In this document: one piece after another, positions 43,389-53,185 of the stretch
How the letters are laid out: every line of letters begins with the position of its first letter
Numbering within the stretch: position 1 is the stretch's first letter
Sequence record: MW602648.1
Length of the DNA: 57,011 bases
Source: Escherichia phage vB_EcoM_fHy-Eco03
Direction: 5' to 3' (one strand)
Translations under genes and position numbers: made by a program
Notes under the pieces: generated by a model
What the model saw: the letters and a program-made list of their open reading frames with translations, nothing else
Told to the model about the DNA's origin: nothing
Databases searched by the model: none

Positions 43389-43806
43389 ATTCTACTCCTG
43401 AATCAGTTAAAAAAGCCTTTGCCTCGAGCATAGATGCATGCCATTTTGAGGCAGAATAAGCGTCTAGAGAGCTAGTCACTAGCCTTATAATAGGTATATT
43501 CGCCTTAAGCATTTTAGAGCACTCTAGGCATGGCGGATATGTGACATAAACGGTCACACCTTCTGTCAGTTGTGCCTTTAAATTAGCCATACAATTAACT
43601 TCTGCATGGATTGTATACACATTCTTCAGTTCCGCTGGGATAACCGACAAGCCATCCAGCTGACGAGGGAATCCATTGTAGCCTGTTGACAGTATGCGAT
43701 TGTCTTGTGATACTATAACACATCCAACTTTACGCTTATCATCTTTGGACCAGCTACCTATAAGGTGAGCCAGCTCCATAAATCGGCTATCCCAAAGGTT
43801 CTGCAT
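43357..43806 (-). CDS. dCMP deaminase
   Basis: Zinc-binding motifs HAE (IHAEVNCMA) and PCxxC (PPCLECSKM); AGGAG Shine-Dalgarno before the ATG at 43806. Confidence 0.8.
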   Translation of the reverse strand: MQNLWDSRFMELAHLIGSWSKDDKRKVGCVIVSQDNRILSTGYNGFPRQLDGLSVIPAELKNVYTIHAEVNCMANLKAQLTEGVTVYVTYPPCLECSKMLKANIPIIRLVTSSLDAYSASKWHASMLEAKAFLTDSGVEYVCADSGYTS

Positions 43807-43824
43807 GTTAAAGCTCCTGCGCAC

Positions 43825-43847
43825 AAAAAGGGTAGCCGAAGCTACCC
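43825..43847 (-). terminator. Intrinsic terminator hairpin (minus strand)
   Basis: GGGTAGC-cgaa-GCTACCC followed on the minus strand by a U-run (plus-strand AAAAA at 43825..43829). Confidence 0.6.
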
Positions 43848-43865
43848 TTTTATTAATCTACGGAA

Positions 43866-44393
43866 TTACTGGTTCCAAGGAGCGTCAGCGTCGTCTTCTT
43901 CACCAGGAGCAGCACCTGCAGAAGCAGCACCAGCTACAGCGTTAGCTGCAGTTTGAGTGTTGCTCGCGACGTTGCCAGTCACAGGAGCAGTTGCGGCAGC
44001 AGCAGATTTGTATTCACGCACATCGTTTGATGGGTCATATTCACCGGTCTTGTCGACTTTGATACCGACCTTACCAGCTACGATGCGGTTTTCCAGCATA
44101 TCAGTGGACTTCAGTTCCACGATACCTACAGCACGGCACAGCGTAGACAGTTTGCGATGGCCGATTTCAACAGCCTGGGCGTTCGGGTTCGAATAGGTAA
44201 TCATATCGAACACAGTGCGGTTATTAAACTCGCCACCCTGTACTTTCAACTGCAGTGACAGATAAGAACCGGTACCTGCTTTAGTAGGCTTCAGCTCTAC
44301 CTGTTCAATCATCAAATCGTACCAGCCTTTAGGAATCGGGTCAAAAGACTGTTGCGGTTCGACGTTTGCACTGTTGAATTGTAACTCTGCCAT
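43866..44393 (-). CDS. Putative ssDNA-binding protein
   Basis: 175 aa with a disordered Ala/Gly-rich region and acidic C-terminus (GEEDDADAPWNQ); adjacent to the Sak4-like ATPase gene. Confidence 0.35.
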   Translation of the reverse strand: MAELQFNSANVEPQQSFDPIPKGWYDLMIEQVELKPTKAGTGSYLSLQLKVQGGEFNNRTVFDMITYSNPNAQAVEIGHRKLSTLCRAVGIVELKSTDMLENRIVAGKVGIKVDKTGEYDPSNDVREYKSAAAATAPVTGNVASNTQTAANAVAGAASAGAAPGEEDDADAPWNQ

Positions 44394-44494
44394 TTTATGG
44401 TTTCCTTAGTTTAGTTTATTTGTTTAACGCATCGGAGCTACGTTCGGCTCGTGAGAAAGATTATACGCCACTTTTATTCATGGCGTAAACACTT

Positions 44495-45388
44495 TTATTC
44501 TTCGGTTTTATCTTCCGATACGGCTTCTTCCTGTCGTTGCTTGGCCAGCCACGCCGCATGCTTCTCTTTGTGGGCATCCGAACCGATTTTGGTTACAGTC
44601 ATAAGAGGGTCAGCAGACAGCTCATGTGCATCCATACCATTTAACAGCAGATACGTATCAGATTCCGTGTGATAGTACCACAGTTTCTGAGGATGTAAAC
44701 CCTGTAGCTTGGAGTAAATCCAACCCAGGTCTGCTGGCTCATGCTTATCCAGTGTACGACCTGGTGCATTACGGCACTTAGCATCCCATTGGAAGTCTGG
44801 CTGAGTCTGCACGTAGCGTGCTGAGTTACCGTCGTTGTCAGGTGCACTCATACGCATAGCAAGTACAGCATCCACAAGGTATGGCAGTTGCTTAGGAAGT
44901 TGTTGACCTGGCATAAGAGGAGAGTACAGCATTGCGCCGCTGACCTCATCTTTATTCTTCTCCAGCTTACAGATGTAAGCGATACTGAAAGGCAGGTCAC
45001 GGAACTGGCGCATGATATACATCATTTTATCTGCTACAGCACCGTAAGCCTGTCGCTTGTCGTTTACCTGAGTCTTCTCATACTCAAGGCATACTTCTGC
45101 AACGTCAGATAAAGAATCAAAAACAAGGTGCTTGTACTTCTTGGCACCTGGATTCTCTGTCAGCCATTTGTACAGGTCTAGAATATCCTGGAAGGTTTTA
45201 ATCTTCGTGGTATCAATGTCTGCATCTGCAATTGACATCAACCCGCCTTCCGCATCTACAATCAAAGTGCTTTCACGCGGAAGAGTACGGGCCATGCTTG
45301 TTTTACCTACGCCAGACTGACCATAGATAACGACCTTAGGCAGCTTGTTCTCAGCTGCCTCTTTAGTTGAACGGATTTCTACTGCCAT
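44495..45388 (-). CDS. Sak4-like RecA-fold ATPase (recombination)
   Basis: N-terminal Walker A VVIYGQSGVGKTS; Walker B-like HLVFDSL; size about 297 aa. Confidence 0.5.
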   Translation of the reverse strand: MAVEIRSTKEAAENKLPKVVIYGQSGVGKTSMARTLPRESTLIVDAEGGLMSIADADIDTTKIKTFQDILDLYKWLTENPGAKKYKHLVFDSLSDVAEVCLEYEKTQVNDKRQAYGAVADKMMYIMRQFRDLPFSIAYICKLEKNKDEVSGAMLYSPLMPGQQLPKQLPYLVDAVLAMRMSAPDNDGNSARYVQTQPDFQWDAKCRNAPGRTLDKHEPADLGWIYSKLQGLHPQKLWYYHTESDTYLLLNGMDAHELSADPLMTVTKIGSDAHKEKHAAWLAKQRQEEAVSEDKTEE

Positions 45389-45619
45389 TTAATACCCCTC
45401 TGTTAACATCTCTTCGTCACAGTACATGTTATAAAGCGCGTGTTCCGCTTCGTCCAGTGTGGCAAACTCTTCGCCGCAGATAACAAAACGAGATACATCA
45501 TCTTCGTCAGGATACTGCTCTTCAATCTGCCAGGTGCCACGTAAGCCGTAACACCAGAAGTCGCTGTCGTCGCCGGCTTTAAGTTTACGGGTTTGTTTGA
45601 ATTGATTGAACGTATACAT
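45389..45619 (-). CDS. Hypothetical protein (76 aa)
   Basis: ORF coupled to the Sak4-like gene. Confidence 0.4.
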   Translation of the reverse strand: MYTFNQFKQTRKLKAGDDSDFWCYGLRGTWQIEEQYPDEDDVSRFVICGEEFATLDEAEHALYNMYCDEEMLTEGY

Positions 45620-45676
45620 GATGCTCTCCTTGAGTTGATAAAAGTATTATACCCCTTTTAAGAGGTAATGTACACT

Positions 45677-46111
45677 TTATTTATACACTTCAATGGTACA
45701 CAAGTCGTGGTAGTGTCCCATTGCATGTAGTAACCGTCGCAGGTTACAAAGTGCTTGCTCAGGAGTGAATGCTTCAACCCACAAAGGGACCATGAGGCCG
45801 CACACAGCACCTTGGTCAGGTAGCTTGACACGGTAAAGATAGGTGTTAGTGTAAACACGGGTTACACTCATGACGTTCAGCATAGCATGAAGCTTAATAT
45901 CCTGTTGCTTCCAGAACTCATGGAACTCTTTGCTATTTACAATAGCACGGAACAAATGCTCTTTACTGGCAATAGCAGTTGCACGAATAAGAAAACGACA
46001 ACCAAAGAATTCGTCGACGTTAATGGTTTCAACAGCAAAGACAGGTGCATCAGTAGATGAACATTTATGCAGGTAGATAACAGACTTGGTGGCTTCCATA
46101 ATATTCTCCAC
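45677..46111 (-). CDS. Hypothetical protein (144 aa)
   Basis: ORF. Confidence 0.4.
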   Translation of the reverse strand: MENIMEATKSVIYLHKCSSTDAPVFAVETINVDEFFGCRFLIRATAIASKEHLFRAIVNSKEFHEFWKQQDIKLHAMLNVMSVTRVYTNTYLYRVKLPDQGAVCGLMVPLWVEAFTPEQALCNLRRLLHAMGHYHDLCTIEVYK

Positions 46112-46147
46112 AGTGTTAGAAAGCGGGACCGAAGTCCCGCACAGTTA

Positions 46148-47212
46148 TTACAGCAGTGATTTAAGCTGGTCGATAGATTTCAACAGCATTGCGATTTCAG
46201 GGTCACGCTCTGCCATCATGCGAAGCATGTCACCACGCATCATTTCCTGCACACGTTTGTCGAGTGCAGCTTCAGCAGCTTTCAGGTTCTCTTCGGCCTG
46301 CTGACGCGCACGATACATACCCAGGTCAACTACAGACACCAGCCATTTCAGGTCATAGTGAGTTGGGTTGTGGTCAAGCACATTAACTACTTCAACAACC
46401 TTAGTACCACACAGCTCTGGGTACATTTTATTTTCAACACGCACAACCGCTTCATCGCCGATGTTAACCTGACCACGATACTTGTAAGTATACAGCTTGC
46501 CGCCATCTTCAAACTGTACCTGCACATAACGGATTGGCTCTTCCTGCACGATAGCTGCAGCAGTCATAACACGACGCTCCAGTGCATTGAAGTCCAGAAC
46601 CAGCGCTTTAGGTTGTTCTTTCTTACCGTAAGCAGCTTGCATCTTCGCTGCAAGATACTGCTCGGAGTAAGTTACTTTGATGTTGCGCTTAAACGCCTGG
46701 CAACCATAAACCATCCAGCTACCAGTTTCATCAACGCAGTAGATTTGGTTAGAAGGTGCAGAAGCGCTTGCGCCATCTTTGGTTTTGGAAACGCGATACA
46801 GTTTGCCATATTCCAGGTTTACCTTAGGCTGTACAGCCTGCGCCCATTCAAGGTTTTCCTTAACGAACGGCTGGAAACGTTCACGGCTAAAGTTATGCTT
46901 CAGACCATGGTCGTCGATAACCCAGATGTTGTCGTGCTGACCGCCGAAAGAACCGAGGTTAGCATATACTTTACCCTGAGTCAGCAGTGAAGTGCTACCT
47001 TCATCAACACAGATAACGAAGTTGATTGCGTCATGAGCTTTACCGTTTTTGTCGAATACTTGTGCCATGGTCTTATTTCCTTGTTTAGTGACAGATACAA
47101 TACTTGTTTTGTGGGTACCAGGTGCTAAGCGCTCACCATCTTTTGCGTCAACCTTAATTTTAACTCGCAGGCCGCGACCGAGCATTTGAATCAATTCCAT
47201 TAAGAACCTCAT
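46148..47212 (-). CDS. Hypothetical protein (354 aa)
   Basis: ORF with coiled-coil-like C-terminus. Confidence 0.5.
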   Translation of the reverse strand: MRFLMELIQMLGRGLRVKIKVDAKDGERLAPGTHKTSIVSVTKQGNKTMAQVFDKNGKAHDAINFVICVDEGSTSLLTQGKVYANLGSFGGQHDNIWVIDDHGLKHNFSRERFQPFVKENLEWAQAVQPKVNLEYGKLYRVSKTKDGASASAPSNQIYCVDETGSWMVYGCQAFKRNIKVTYSEQYLAAKMQAAYGKKEQPKALVLDFNALERRVMTAAAIVQEEPIRYVQVQFEDGGKLYTYKYRGQVNIGDEAVVRVENKMYPELCGTKVVEVVNVLDHNPTHYDLKWLVSVVDLGMYRARQQAEENLKAAEAALDKRVQEMMRGDMLRMMAERDPEIAMLLKSIDQLKSLL

Positions 47213-47272
47213 TGCTTAACCGTTAAATACATTATGTCGCTAGACAGTGATGATGTACACTATTATTTTAAT

Positions 47273-47572
47273 TTATTTTAGTGCCCCTTCGCATATAGCA
47301 TGACACAACGCATGCCACGGTTTATCAAAGTCTTCTACTAAGAAGCATTCACCATTAGCAACAATGTCTACATCATTAACCTGTAGAGTCATACCAGCTT
47401 TGAACAAGATGTCAAATGCCTGTTCCTTGTTCTTGTACGGGTTATATATCTGATGGAAGCCACTCCCACAAAGAAGGCAAGGTTTTCCCTCCAGCTGATA
47501 CGCTTTAGAGTGTTTAACCACAACACCGGCTATCTTAGCCAGCTTCTCCAGCTTCTCGAAGTTCTCACTCAT
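47273..47572 (-). CDS. Hypothetical protein (99 aa)
   Basis: ORF. Confidence 0.4.
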   Translation of the reverse strand: MSENFEKLEKLAKIAGVVVKHSKAYQLEGKPCLLCGSGFHQIYNPYKNKEQAFDILFKAGMTLQVNDVDIVANGECFLVEDFDKPWHALCHAICEGALK

Positions 47573-47874
47573 GGCAGTTCTACCTGTACAGTTACTTGAC
47601 GCGGGTCAAACACATCTACCGATTTATTTTCGTTAACACGAATGAAGGCTACACCGTATATACGTGCTTTCTCTTCAGCCAGCATTAACGGAGCCAGCTT
47701 GTGTTCCAGCTCTACAGGAATGTCTGTAAGAGATGCCGTCTCAGGCATATCAAGCATCTTCATTACAGTACGTAATAAGCCAAGGTGATGGCGATACTTA
47801 TCTTCCTGACTGTACTTCTTGTTGACCGCTTTCATTCTTTTCAGACTCATTGTTAGACTCCTCAGTAATTGCAT
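47569..47874 (-). CDS. Hypothetical protein (101 aa)
   Basis: ORF coupled to the downstream gene (ATGA overlap). Confidence 0.4.
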   Translation of the reverse strand: MQLLRSLTMSLKRMKAVNKKYSQEDKYRHHLGLLRTVMKMLDMPETASLTDIPVELEHKLAPLMLAEEKARIYGVAFIRVNENKSVDVFDPRQVTVQVELP

Positions 47875-48166
47875 CCATCAAATCCCTGAATGTACCGTAC
47901 AACCATTGGTATGGTTGCGGCCATTTCAGGGCGTTGAGCATTACGATGGTTGTTAGTTTACGTTTGTACTTCTTCTCCGCAATAGCTTTCTTAAGAAGAT
48001 TACGGGCTATTGTATTCTTCTTAGGTTTGTTAAAGATTGCTGGCAGCATGATGTCTGTCAACATCGTCTTTATTTCTTCCAGGTCTTCAAGCAGCTCTTC
48101 AGGAGACGTCCTTTCAAAGAACGCCTCCCATCGAGCGGCGTTTTTACTCGTCGCCATTATCTTCAA
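47798..48166 (-). CDS. Hypothetical protein (start uncertain)
   Basis: ORF overlapping the downstream gene by about 77 nt. Confidence 0.3.
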   Translation of the reverse strand: MKIMATSKNAARWEAFFERTSPEELLEDLEEIKTMLTDIMLPAIFNKPKKNTIARNLLKKAIAEKKYKRKLTTIVMLNALKWPQPYQWLYGTFRDLMDAITEESNNESEKNESGQQEVQSGR

Positions 48167-48593
48167 TAGGTGTGAACGTTACAACAGGAATCCCCGGGCT
48201 TACTTTAACGATTGGTTCTACAATCGCCAGTTGCTCAGGCGTTAAGTTACGATAACCAGTAAGGCTAAGCTCGTATTTGGTTTTGAATACTTTTGCCCTT
48301 ACAACAGGAGGCAGCTTCTTCATTACTTCAGGCACCAGCTTCTGGTCAAGTGAACGGTTAACCTTCTGGTCAACCTTCAGCTTACCAGGTACACCATTGA
48401 CTGCATACTCAATAGTCTGTGTACCTTCTTTACCAGTCTGGATTGCCATGTCAGCTTCCAGACGCGCTTTGATTGTACGACGCAATGTTTCTGCGTCGGC
48501 TTTTGCTTTAGCCATCCAGGTGTTAACATTGGTGAGCTGAGTTAACAGCTCTTCAGTTGAACACTCTTCAATCGGCTTTTTGTTTATCAGCAT
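48144..48593 (-). CDS. Hypothetical protein (149 aa)
   Basis: ORF. Confidence 0.4.
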   Translation of the reverse strand: MLINKKPIEECSTEELLTQLTNVNTWMAKAKADAETLRRTIKARLEADMAIQTGKEGTQTIEYAVNGVPGKLKVDQKVNRSLDQKLVPEVMKKLPPVVRAKVFKTKYELSLTGYRNLTPEQLAIVEPIVKVSPGIPVVTFTPIEDNGDE

Positions 48594-48876
48594 TCTTCAG
48601 GTCCTCATCTGGAAGGAAGTTCCCTACAACATTGTACTGGAACAGGTATTGGTTGAACAAATCGCGAAATGCCTGGATTGCATCCGCTCTACTGATAGTC
48701 ATTATACCATCATTAGTGTAGACGTGTAAAACCTTTTTATTTCCGTCTTCAAATTCGATACGCACAACATCCTGCATATCCACAAGATGGATGGTACCTG
48801 CCCATTGCTGTTCACCCGGTTCAGCTTGATACGCAAATTTCATATTATCTCCAGCGTGCATGGTCGTCACAAACAT
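48568..48876 (-). CDS. Hypothetical protein (102 aa)
   Basis: ORF. Confidence 0.4.
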   Translation of the reverse strand: MFVTTMHAGDNMKFAYQAEPGEQQWAGTIHLVDMQDVVRIEFEDGNKKVLHVYTNDGIMTISRADAIQAFRDLFNQYLFQYNVVGNFLPDEDLKNADKQKAD

Positions 48877-49084
48877 AAAGCCAATCTGTTACCATAATTG
48901 GGTAACCACCTGTGGGGTTGCCTTTGCCATCGTATGTTGTGTGCCAAGTCATTCGTTGACGTGACTCATTAGTACGTTGGCAATTGTGCTTCTTCATATC
49001 CAGGTAATCCCAGCGTAAATAAACGATTAACCCGATTACGAAGAGCACAACAACAACAAATGTTACTGTGCCCTGATGTTTCAT
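48845..49084 (-). CDS. Hypothetical membrane protein (79 aa)
   Basis: N-terminal hydrophobic segment VTFVVVVLFVIGLIVYL. Confidence 0.4.
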   Translation of the reverse strand: MKHQGTVTFVVVVLFVIGLIVYLRWDYLDMKKHNCQRTNESRQRMTWHTTYDGKGNPTGGYPIMVTDWLYVCDDHARWR

Positions 49085-49174
49085 ATTATCTCGCTACAAA
49101 GTAAGCTGCCATACCCCATACCAGGGCACAATATACAATACAAGTTACTGCCATCCAACCGCGAGTAGAAAGTT

Positions 49175-49534
49175 TCACAGGCCTAACACCTCTTTGATTG
49201 ATTCCATCATTTCGTAGTCACGACAAGCATCTTTGCGGTCCTCCGGTAGAGGAGAGCATTCTTCAATTTCCTTCGCAAACTCAATCTCTTTGTCAAGTAA
49301 GCCCTTCAGGAAACGCATTGCCGCTTGATGTTTCTGTTCAACAGTAACAATACTTACTTCTTCACAATGACCAAGTGCATTATCACCAACCACGTATTGG
49401 AAGAAGCTCTGTGAACTGGACTTACTCGCCTGGTCTATTGTAGGTACAATATCAAACAGGAGTGTACTGCCTAGCTGACCTTTCTTGGCCCGCAGATAAC
49501 CGTTTGGCATCTTGTATACAAACATTGTTTTCAT
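49175..49534 (-). CDS. Hypothetical protein (119 aa)
   Basis: ORF. Confidence 0.4.
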   Translation of the reverse strand: MKTMFVYKMPNGYLRAKKGQLGSTLLFDIVPTIDQASKSSSQSFFQYVVGDNALGHCEEVSIVTVEQKHQAAMRFLKGLLDKEIEFAKEIEECSPLPEDRKDACRDYEMMESIKEVLGL

Positions 49535-49986
49535 TTGTTCAGGTCCAACCAGTTAGTATAATCACGAATGAACTGCGGCCATTCACTTGTGGGATGAAGA
49601 GTAATGTTAATGCCCGGTGCCAGTACAAAACCAGACTTGTTGGCATCGGCATAAAGTATTTTATCGAACGGGAACACGTTGCCCTGTTCATCTTTGAAAT
49701 ACGATACACAATGCTCAAGACCAATGGCCAACTGAGTCAACATATCAAGTTCATACTCGTTGTGTTCACGAGTAAAAGTGATTGCCGTGTTCTCACCTTC
49801 GGTAATAGTGTCGAGAGTCAACCAACCTTTAATCGGAATACCTGCCGCATCACGTTCAATAGTAATGTCCTTGATACTGGACGAACTAAACGTCATACGG
49901 GTTACAAACTGGTCGTCTTCTTTTTTAACCCGACGAGTAACGATTGAATGGAACATTGATTGTGTCTCCTTGTTGAATTTACACAT
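49531..49986 (-). CDS. Hypothetical protein, first gene of the leftward operon (151 aa)
   Basis: AAGGAG Shine-Dalgarno upstream; divergent from the rightward gene at 50114. Confidence 0.45.
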   Translation of the reverse strand: MCKFNKETQSMFHSIVTRRVKKEDDQFVTRMTFSSSSIKDITIERDAAGIPIKGWLTLDTITEGENTAITFTREHNEYELDMLTQLAIGLEHCVSYFKDEQGNVFPFDKILYADANKSGFVLAPGINITLHPTSEWPQFIRDYTNWLDLNK

Positions 49987-50052
49987 CTATTATGCATATA
50001 AAGGAAGGAGAAGTAAATAGCTCTTTTAAGTATTAAATACATTAAGTAGCTA

Positions 50053-50082
50053 TGTACATCAATGACGCCCTGACTATATAAT
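50053..50082 (+). promoter_or_regulatory. Candidate promoter in the divergent control region
   Basis: TATAAT at 50077..50082 with a weak -35 (TGTACA, 18-bp spacer); AAGGAGG and ATG at 50114 downstream. Region 49987..50113 separates divergent operons. Confidence 0.3.
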
Positions 50083-50113
50083 AGATGCTCACTTACAAAG
50101 GAGGCATCATGCG

Positions 50114-50443
50114 ATGATTAAGGCGAAGCTGTTAAAACATATTAGAGGCGGTATCAAACTGCTCAGCGATGGTAATGAGTATCAGCTGAAGCAGCGAGGC
50201 ATTACCAAGGTAGCAGCACTGATGGGAGAGCTGCCGACTCGGTTTTTTACTAAGGCACCTTTGTCACTTATTCCAGCAGCCGAATATTACAAGGACCCAG
50301 AAGCAGCACGTAACAAAATCAAGGAAGCACTCGACCAGTTGGTAGTAGAAGGTTACTTAACGGAACGTAACCACTCTGAAAAATCCGTATACTACAAACC
50401 GACTGACAAGGTAACAAACAATGTCGATGACACCGCAGAATAA
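50114..50443 (+). CDS. Hypothetical protein (109 aa)
   Basis: ORF with AAGGAGG Shine-Dalgarno. Confidence 0.45.
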   Translation: MIKAKLLKHIRGGIKLLSDGNEYQLKQRGITKVAALMGELPTRFFTKAPLSLIPAAEYYKDPEAARNKIKEALDQLVVEGYLTERNHSEKSVYYKPTDKVTNNVDDTAE

Positions 50444-52952
50444 TATTCTCGGTCTGAAATACTTTAAGCCTGAAGGTATTCCACAAGTCTTCAAAGATAT
50501 GAGACGTTGGGGTATTTTTGAGCTGACGTATGAAGACGATAAGCTAGAGGTTCAGGCCAAACCTAAAAAGCCTGCAAGAGCCCCATCCGGGAAATCATAC
50601 AGCACATCCAATGAAGCAGACTGGTTAACCTTTGACGAAGCACTTAATCGTTGTATTCGTAACCGTGAAGCTAAATTGAAAGCTGTGCAGGGTCATATCA
50701 CTTATATCCCGGCTTTGATTGTTCCCCGTAACTGGTACTTTGTCGACCTGGACAACCACGAAGACAACCCAGATATAGAGGCAACCCACAAAGCGATTAT
50801 TGAAGGGACTCGCGGCGCTTACGTAGAAACATCCGTATCTGGTAGAGGCCAGCATATTGCTGTACCTATGCCCTGGACTGTTGCAACGTCCAAAGAGAAA
50901 GATGAGCAGCTGGATATTAAAATCCAGAAGCCTGATATGTTCCTGGTAATGACAGGCAACGTAATCAGCAAGGAATACGCTGACCCGCTTCCAATGAAGC
51001 AATGGCATCAAACTATAGAACAATTCTTTATTGATGCTAACGTACCTGATATTGACGTGTCCTTTGAACAGGACCCAGACCGTGGTGCTGAACACGATAA
51101 AGAGATTTACGAATCGCTGGCAGATAACACTCGCTGGGCGCTTGAGCATTACCTCAACGAGGAAGCTCCTCCGGGTGTTGGTGTAAGTAACGACGGCTCA
51201 GAACGCTTAAGCCGTATATTAAAGGACTTGCTTCGCGCATCCCGCAATTACGAAGTTACTCACCGCATCTTTATGGCGAGTAAAGCTGCAGCATATGAAT
51301 GTCGACGTGCTAACAGAATGTCTTTATCAATCGATAAGTATCACGATTGGTTCGGGCGTGTTGGTAAGACGGTTCTTAAAGAACTCCAACGGGATGGCCT
51401 GTTTGTCAAAACTGAGTTTAAGCTTGACATTAATAAAGAGCTGATGAAACACAGTGGAGTTTCACTCGCTGAAAATGTTAGCTTCAAACCTAAGGATGAG
51501 ATTTCGTCCTCTGACTACTTTGTAAATACTGCACCGTCAGGCTTCAAGCGTTTGATTATGGAGATTCAAAACAATATTGCTCCAGCCAACCGTGTTAACG
51601 ATTATGCCATTGGCATTGCTCTTAACATTCTCAGTAACTGTGCTGGACGAAAGTATGTGTGCCCTGTAGATGGTCACGCTAACTTCCTGGCGACTAATAT
51701 TATTCTTGTGGGTACGTCCTCCATTGGTAAGTCCAATTATACTGAATTGTTCCCTCAGATTCAGGCAAATGTAGCCGAGAATTCGCCATTGAGTTTTGCA
51801 CGTATACCAAGAGAGCAGACGTTTGCAACTCGCCAGTTTGCTGAGCTTATGTCAAACCCGAGCTATCATTCAGTCCAGTTGTTCTATCCCGAGTTTGGGC
51901 AAGCACTCGGTTCTGGTTTACGCATGAATCCTAATAACCCGGATAACTTCCAACGTGCTATTATGGATGCTTCAACCAAGCGTAAAGTTGGCGGTATTCT
52001 TACAGGGATTAAGCGAGCTAATGCTGAGAATGATGTTAAGACTGTTAAAGAACCGTGCTATTCTATTTTAGGTGATTCAACTCTCGAATACATTCTTAAG
52101 TACACACATAAAGATGACTTCTCATCAGGCTTTTTGCCCCGCTTCCTGTTCATTCCGAACTACGAGCGAGCGGACTTCCAGAAACCTGAGAAAGTGGGCA
52201 GACGCAAAGAGATTACACGCGTTAAGTTCAGCGAAGAGCTAGTCAGCTGGCTTGAGGCAATTGCGTTTACCAGTATTATCCCGGGCAACGGTATGCTTAA
52301 GCCTGACCCTATTCCTGTATACGATGAATCAGACGACGATGACATCCTGTATGAGTATCAGTGCAAGATTATTGATATGCGCCGTTACTATAGGGATAAC
52401 GAGATAGCTTCTGCATTCATTGGCCGTATGGGTGAATATGTTTTCAACATTGCTGCATTGATTGGCTTACTCGATAACTGGGACAATCCTGTAATGACAC
52501 GTAACAACATCGAATGGGCTTACCGTTATGTATTACGGTGTATCACTTCGTGGGTTAATGAAGTAAGTAATGTTGTAGCTCCGCCTACTACCGATGCTGA
52601 AGTAGTTGACGGTATCCTCAAAGTCTACAGGGACCTTTTGGCACTGTATAACGACAAAGGATGGGAAGGCGTCAAACAAGGCTATCCTGAGAAGGTTACC
52701 CGCAATTTCAGAGAAGAACATCTCAAGATGAACGGGTTGCCAATCTATGCTATTCGCCAATCATTAAGCTGGTTTAAGAACAATTACGGCTTCAATATTG
52801 TTGCGAATAATAAGGCAATTGACGGCATGCTGCAGGACATGATTGAACAGGATTATCTTGCAATTCAAATGCTAACTGCCCACAAGGGGAAGCCTGGCAA
52901 GGTCTTTTGTCTTACCGAACGAGGATATGAGATAGCGAAGAAGCTTAAGTAA
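50421..52952 (+). CDS. Primase-polymerase (prim-pol) fused to a P-loop helicase-like domain
   Basis: N-terminal prim-pol motifs YFVDLDNHED (DxD) and SVSGRGQHIAV (sGxGxH); C-terminal Walker A ILVGTSSIGKS; 843 aa. Confidence 0.55.
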   Translation: MSMTPQNNILGLKYFKPEGIPQVFKDMRRWGIFELTYEDDKLEVQAKPKKPARAPSGKSYSTSNEADWLTFDEALNRCIRNREAKLKAVQGHITYIPALIVPRNWYFVDLDNHEDNPDIEATHKAIIEGTRGAYVETSVSGRGQHIAVPMPWTVATSKEKDEQLDIKIQKPDMFLVMTGNVISKEYADPLPMKQWHQTIEQFFIDANVPDIDVSFEQDPDRGAEHDKEIYESLADNTRWALEHYLNEEAPPGVGVSNDGSERLSRILKDLLRASRNYEVTHRIFMASKAAAYECRRANRMSLSIDKYHDWFGRVGKTVLKELQRDGLFVKTEFKLDINKELMKHSGVSLAENVSFKPKDEISSSDYFVNTAPSGFKRLIMEIQNNIAPANRVNDYAIGIALNILSNCAGRKYVCPVDGHANFLATNIILVGTSSIGKSNYTELFPQIQANVAENSPLSFARIPREQTFATRQFAELMSNPSYHSVQLFYPEFGQALGSGLRMNPNNPDNFQRAIMDASTKRKVGGILTGIKRANAENDVKTVKEPCYSILGDSTLEYILKYTHKDDFSSGFLPRFLFIPNYERADFQKPEKVGRRKEITRVKFSEELVSWLEAIAFTSIIPGNGMLKPDPIPVYDESDDDDILYEYQCKIIDMRRYYRDNEIASAFIGRMGEYVFNIAALIGLLDNWDNPVMTRNNIEWAYRYVLRCITSWVNEVSNVVAPPTTDAEVVDGILKVYRDLLALYNDKGWEGVKQGYPEKVTRNFREEHLKMNGLPIYAIRQSLSWFKNNYGFNIVANNKAIDGMLQDMIEQDYLAIQMLTAHKGKPGKVFCLTERGYEIAKKLK

Positions 52953-52965
52953 AGAGTAAGTAAAT

Positions 52966-53009
52966 CAAGGACTTATGCTGTAGACGTTATAGCTAAGTCC
53001 TTGTTTTTT
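52966..53009 (+). terminator. Rho-independent terminator after the primase gene
   Basis: 10-bp stem CAAGGACTTA (52966..52975) / TAAGTCCTTG (52994..53003) followed by TTTTTT. Confidence 0.7.
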
Positions 53010-53185
53010 ATACTGTTTCCCAAAAACTGATTAACGTTTATACTATAGTCTTTATATAAACACTAAACTACTGATTTTATTACTCTTTTTTACCCGTATA
53101 AATATAAGCTCTCCTTTAAATAAATAAGGGGGGAAAAAGAAAATACGGTCCCGGAAAAAGAGAGTTATTATTATTATTTATTTAT

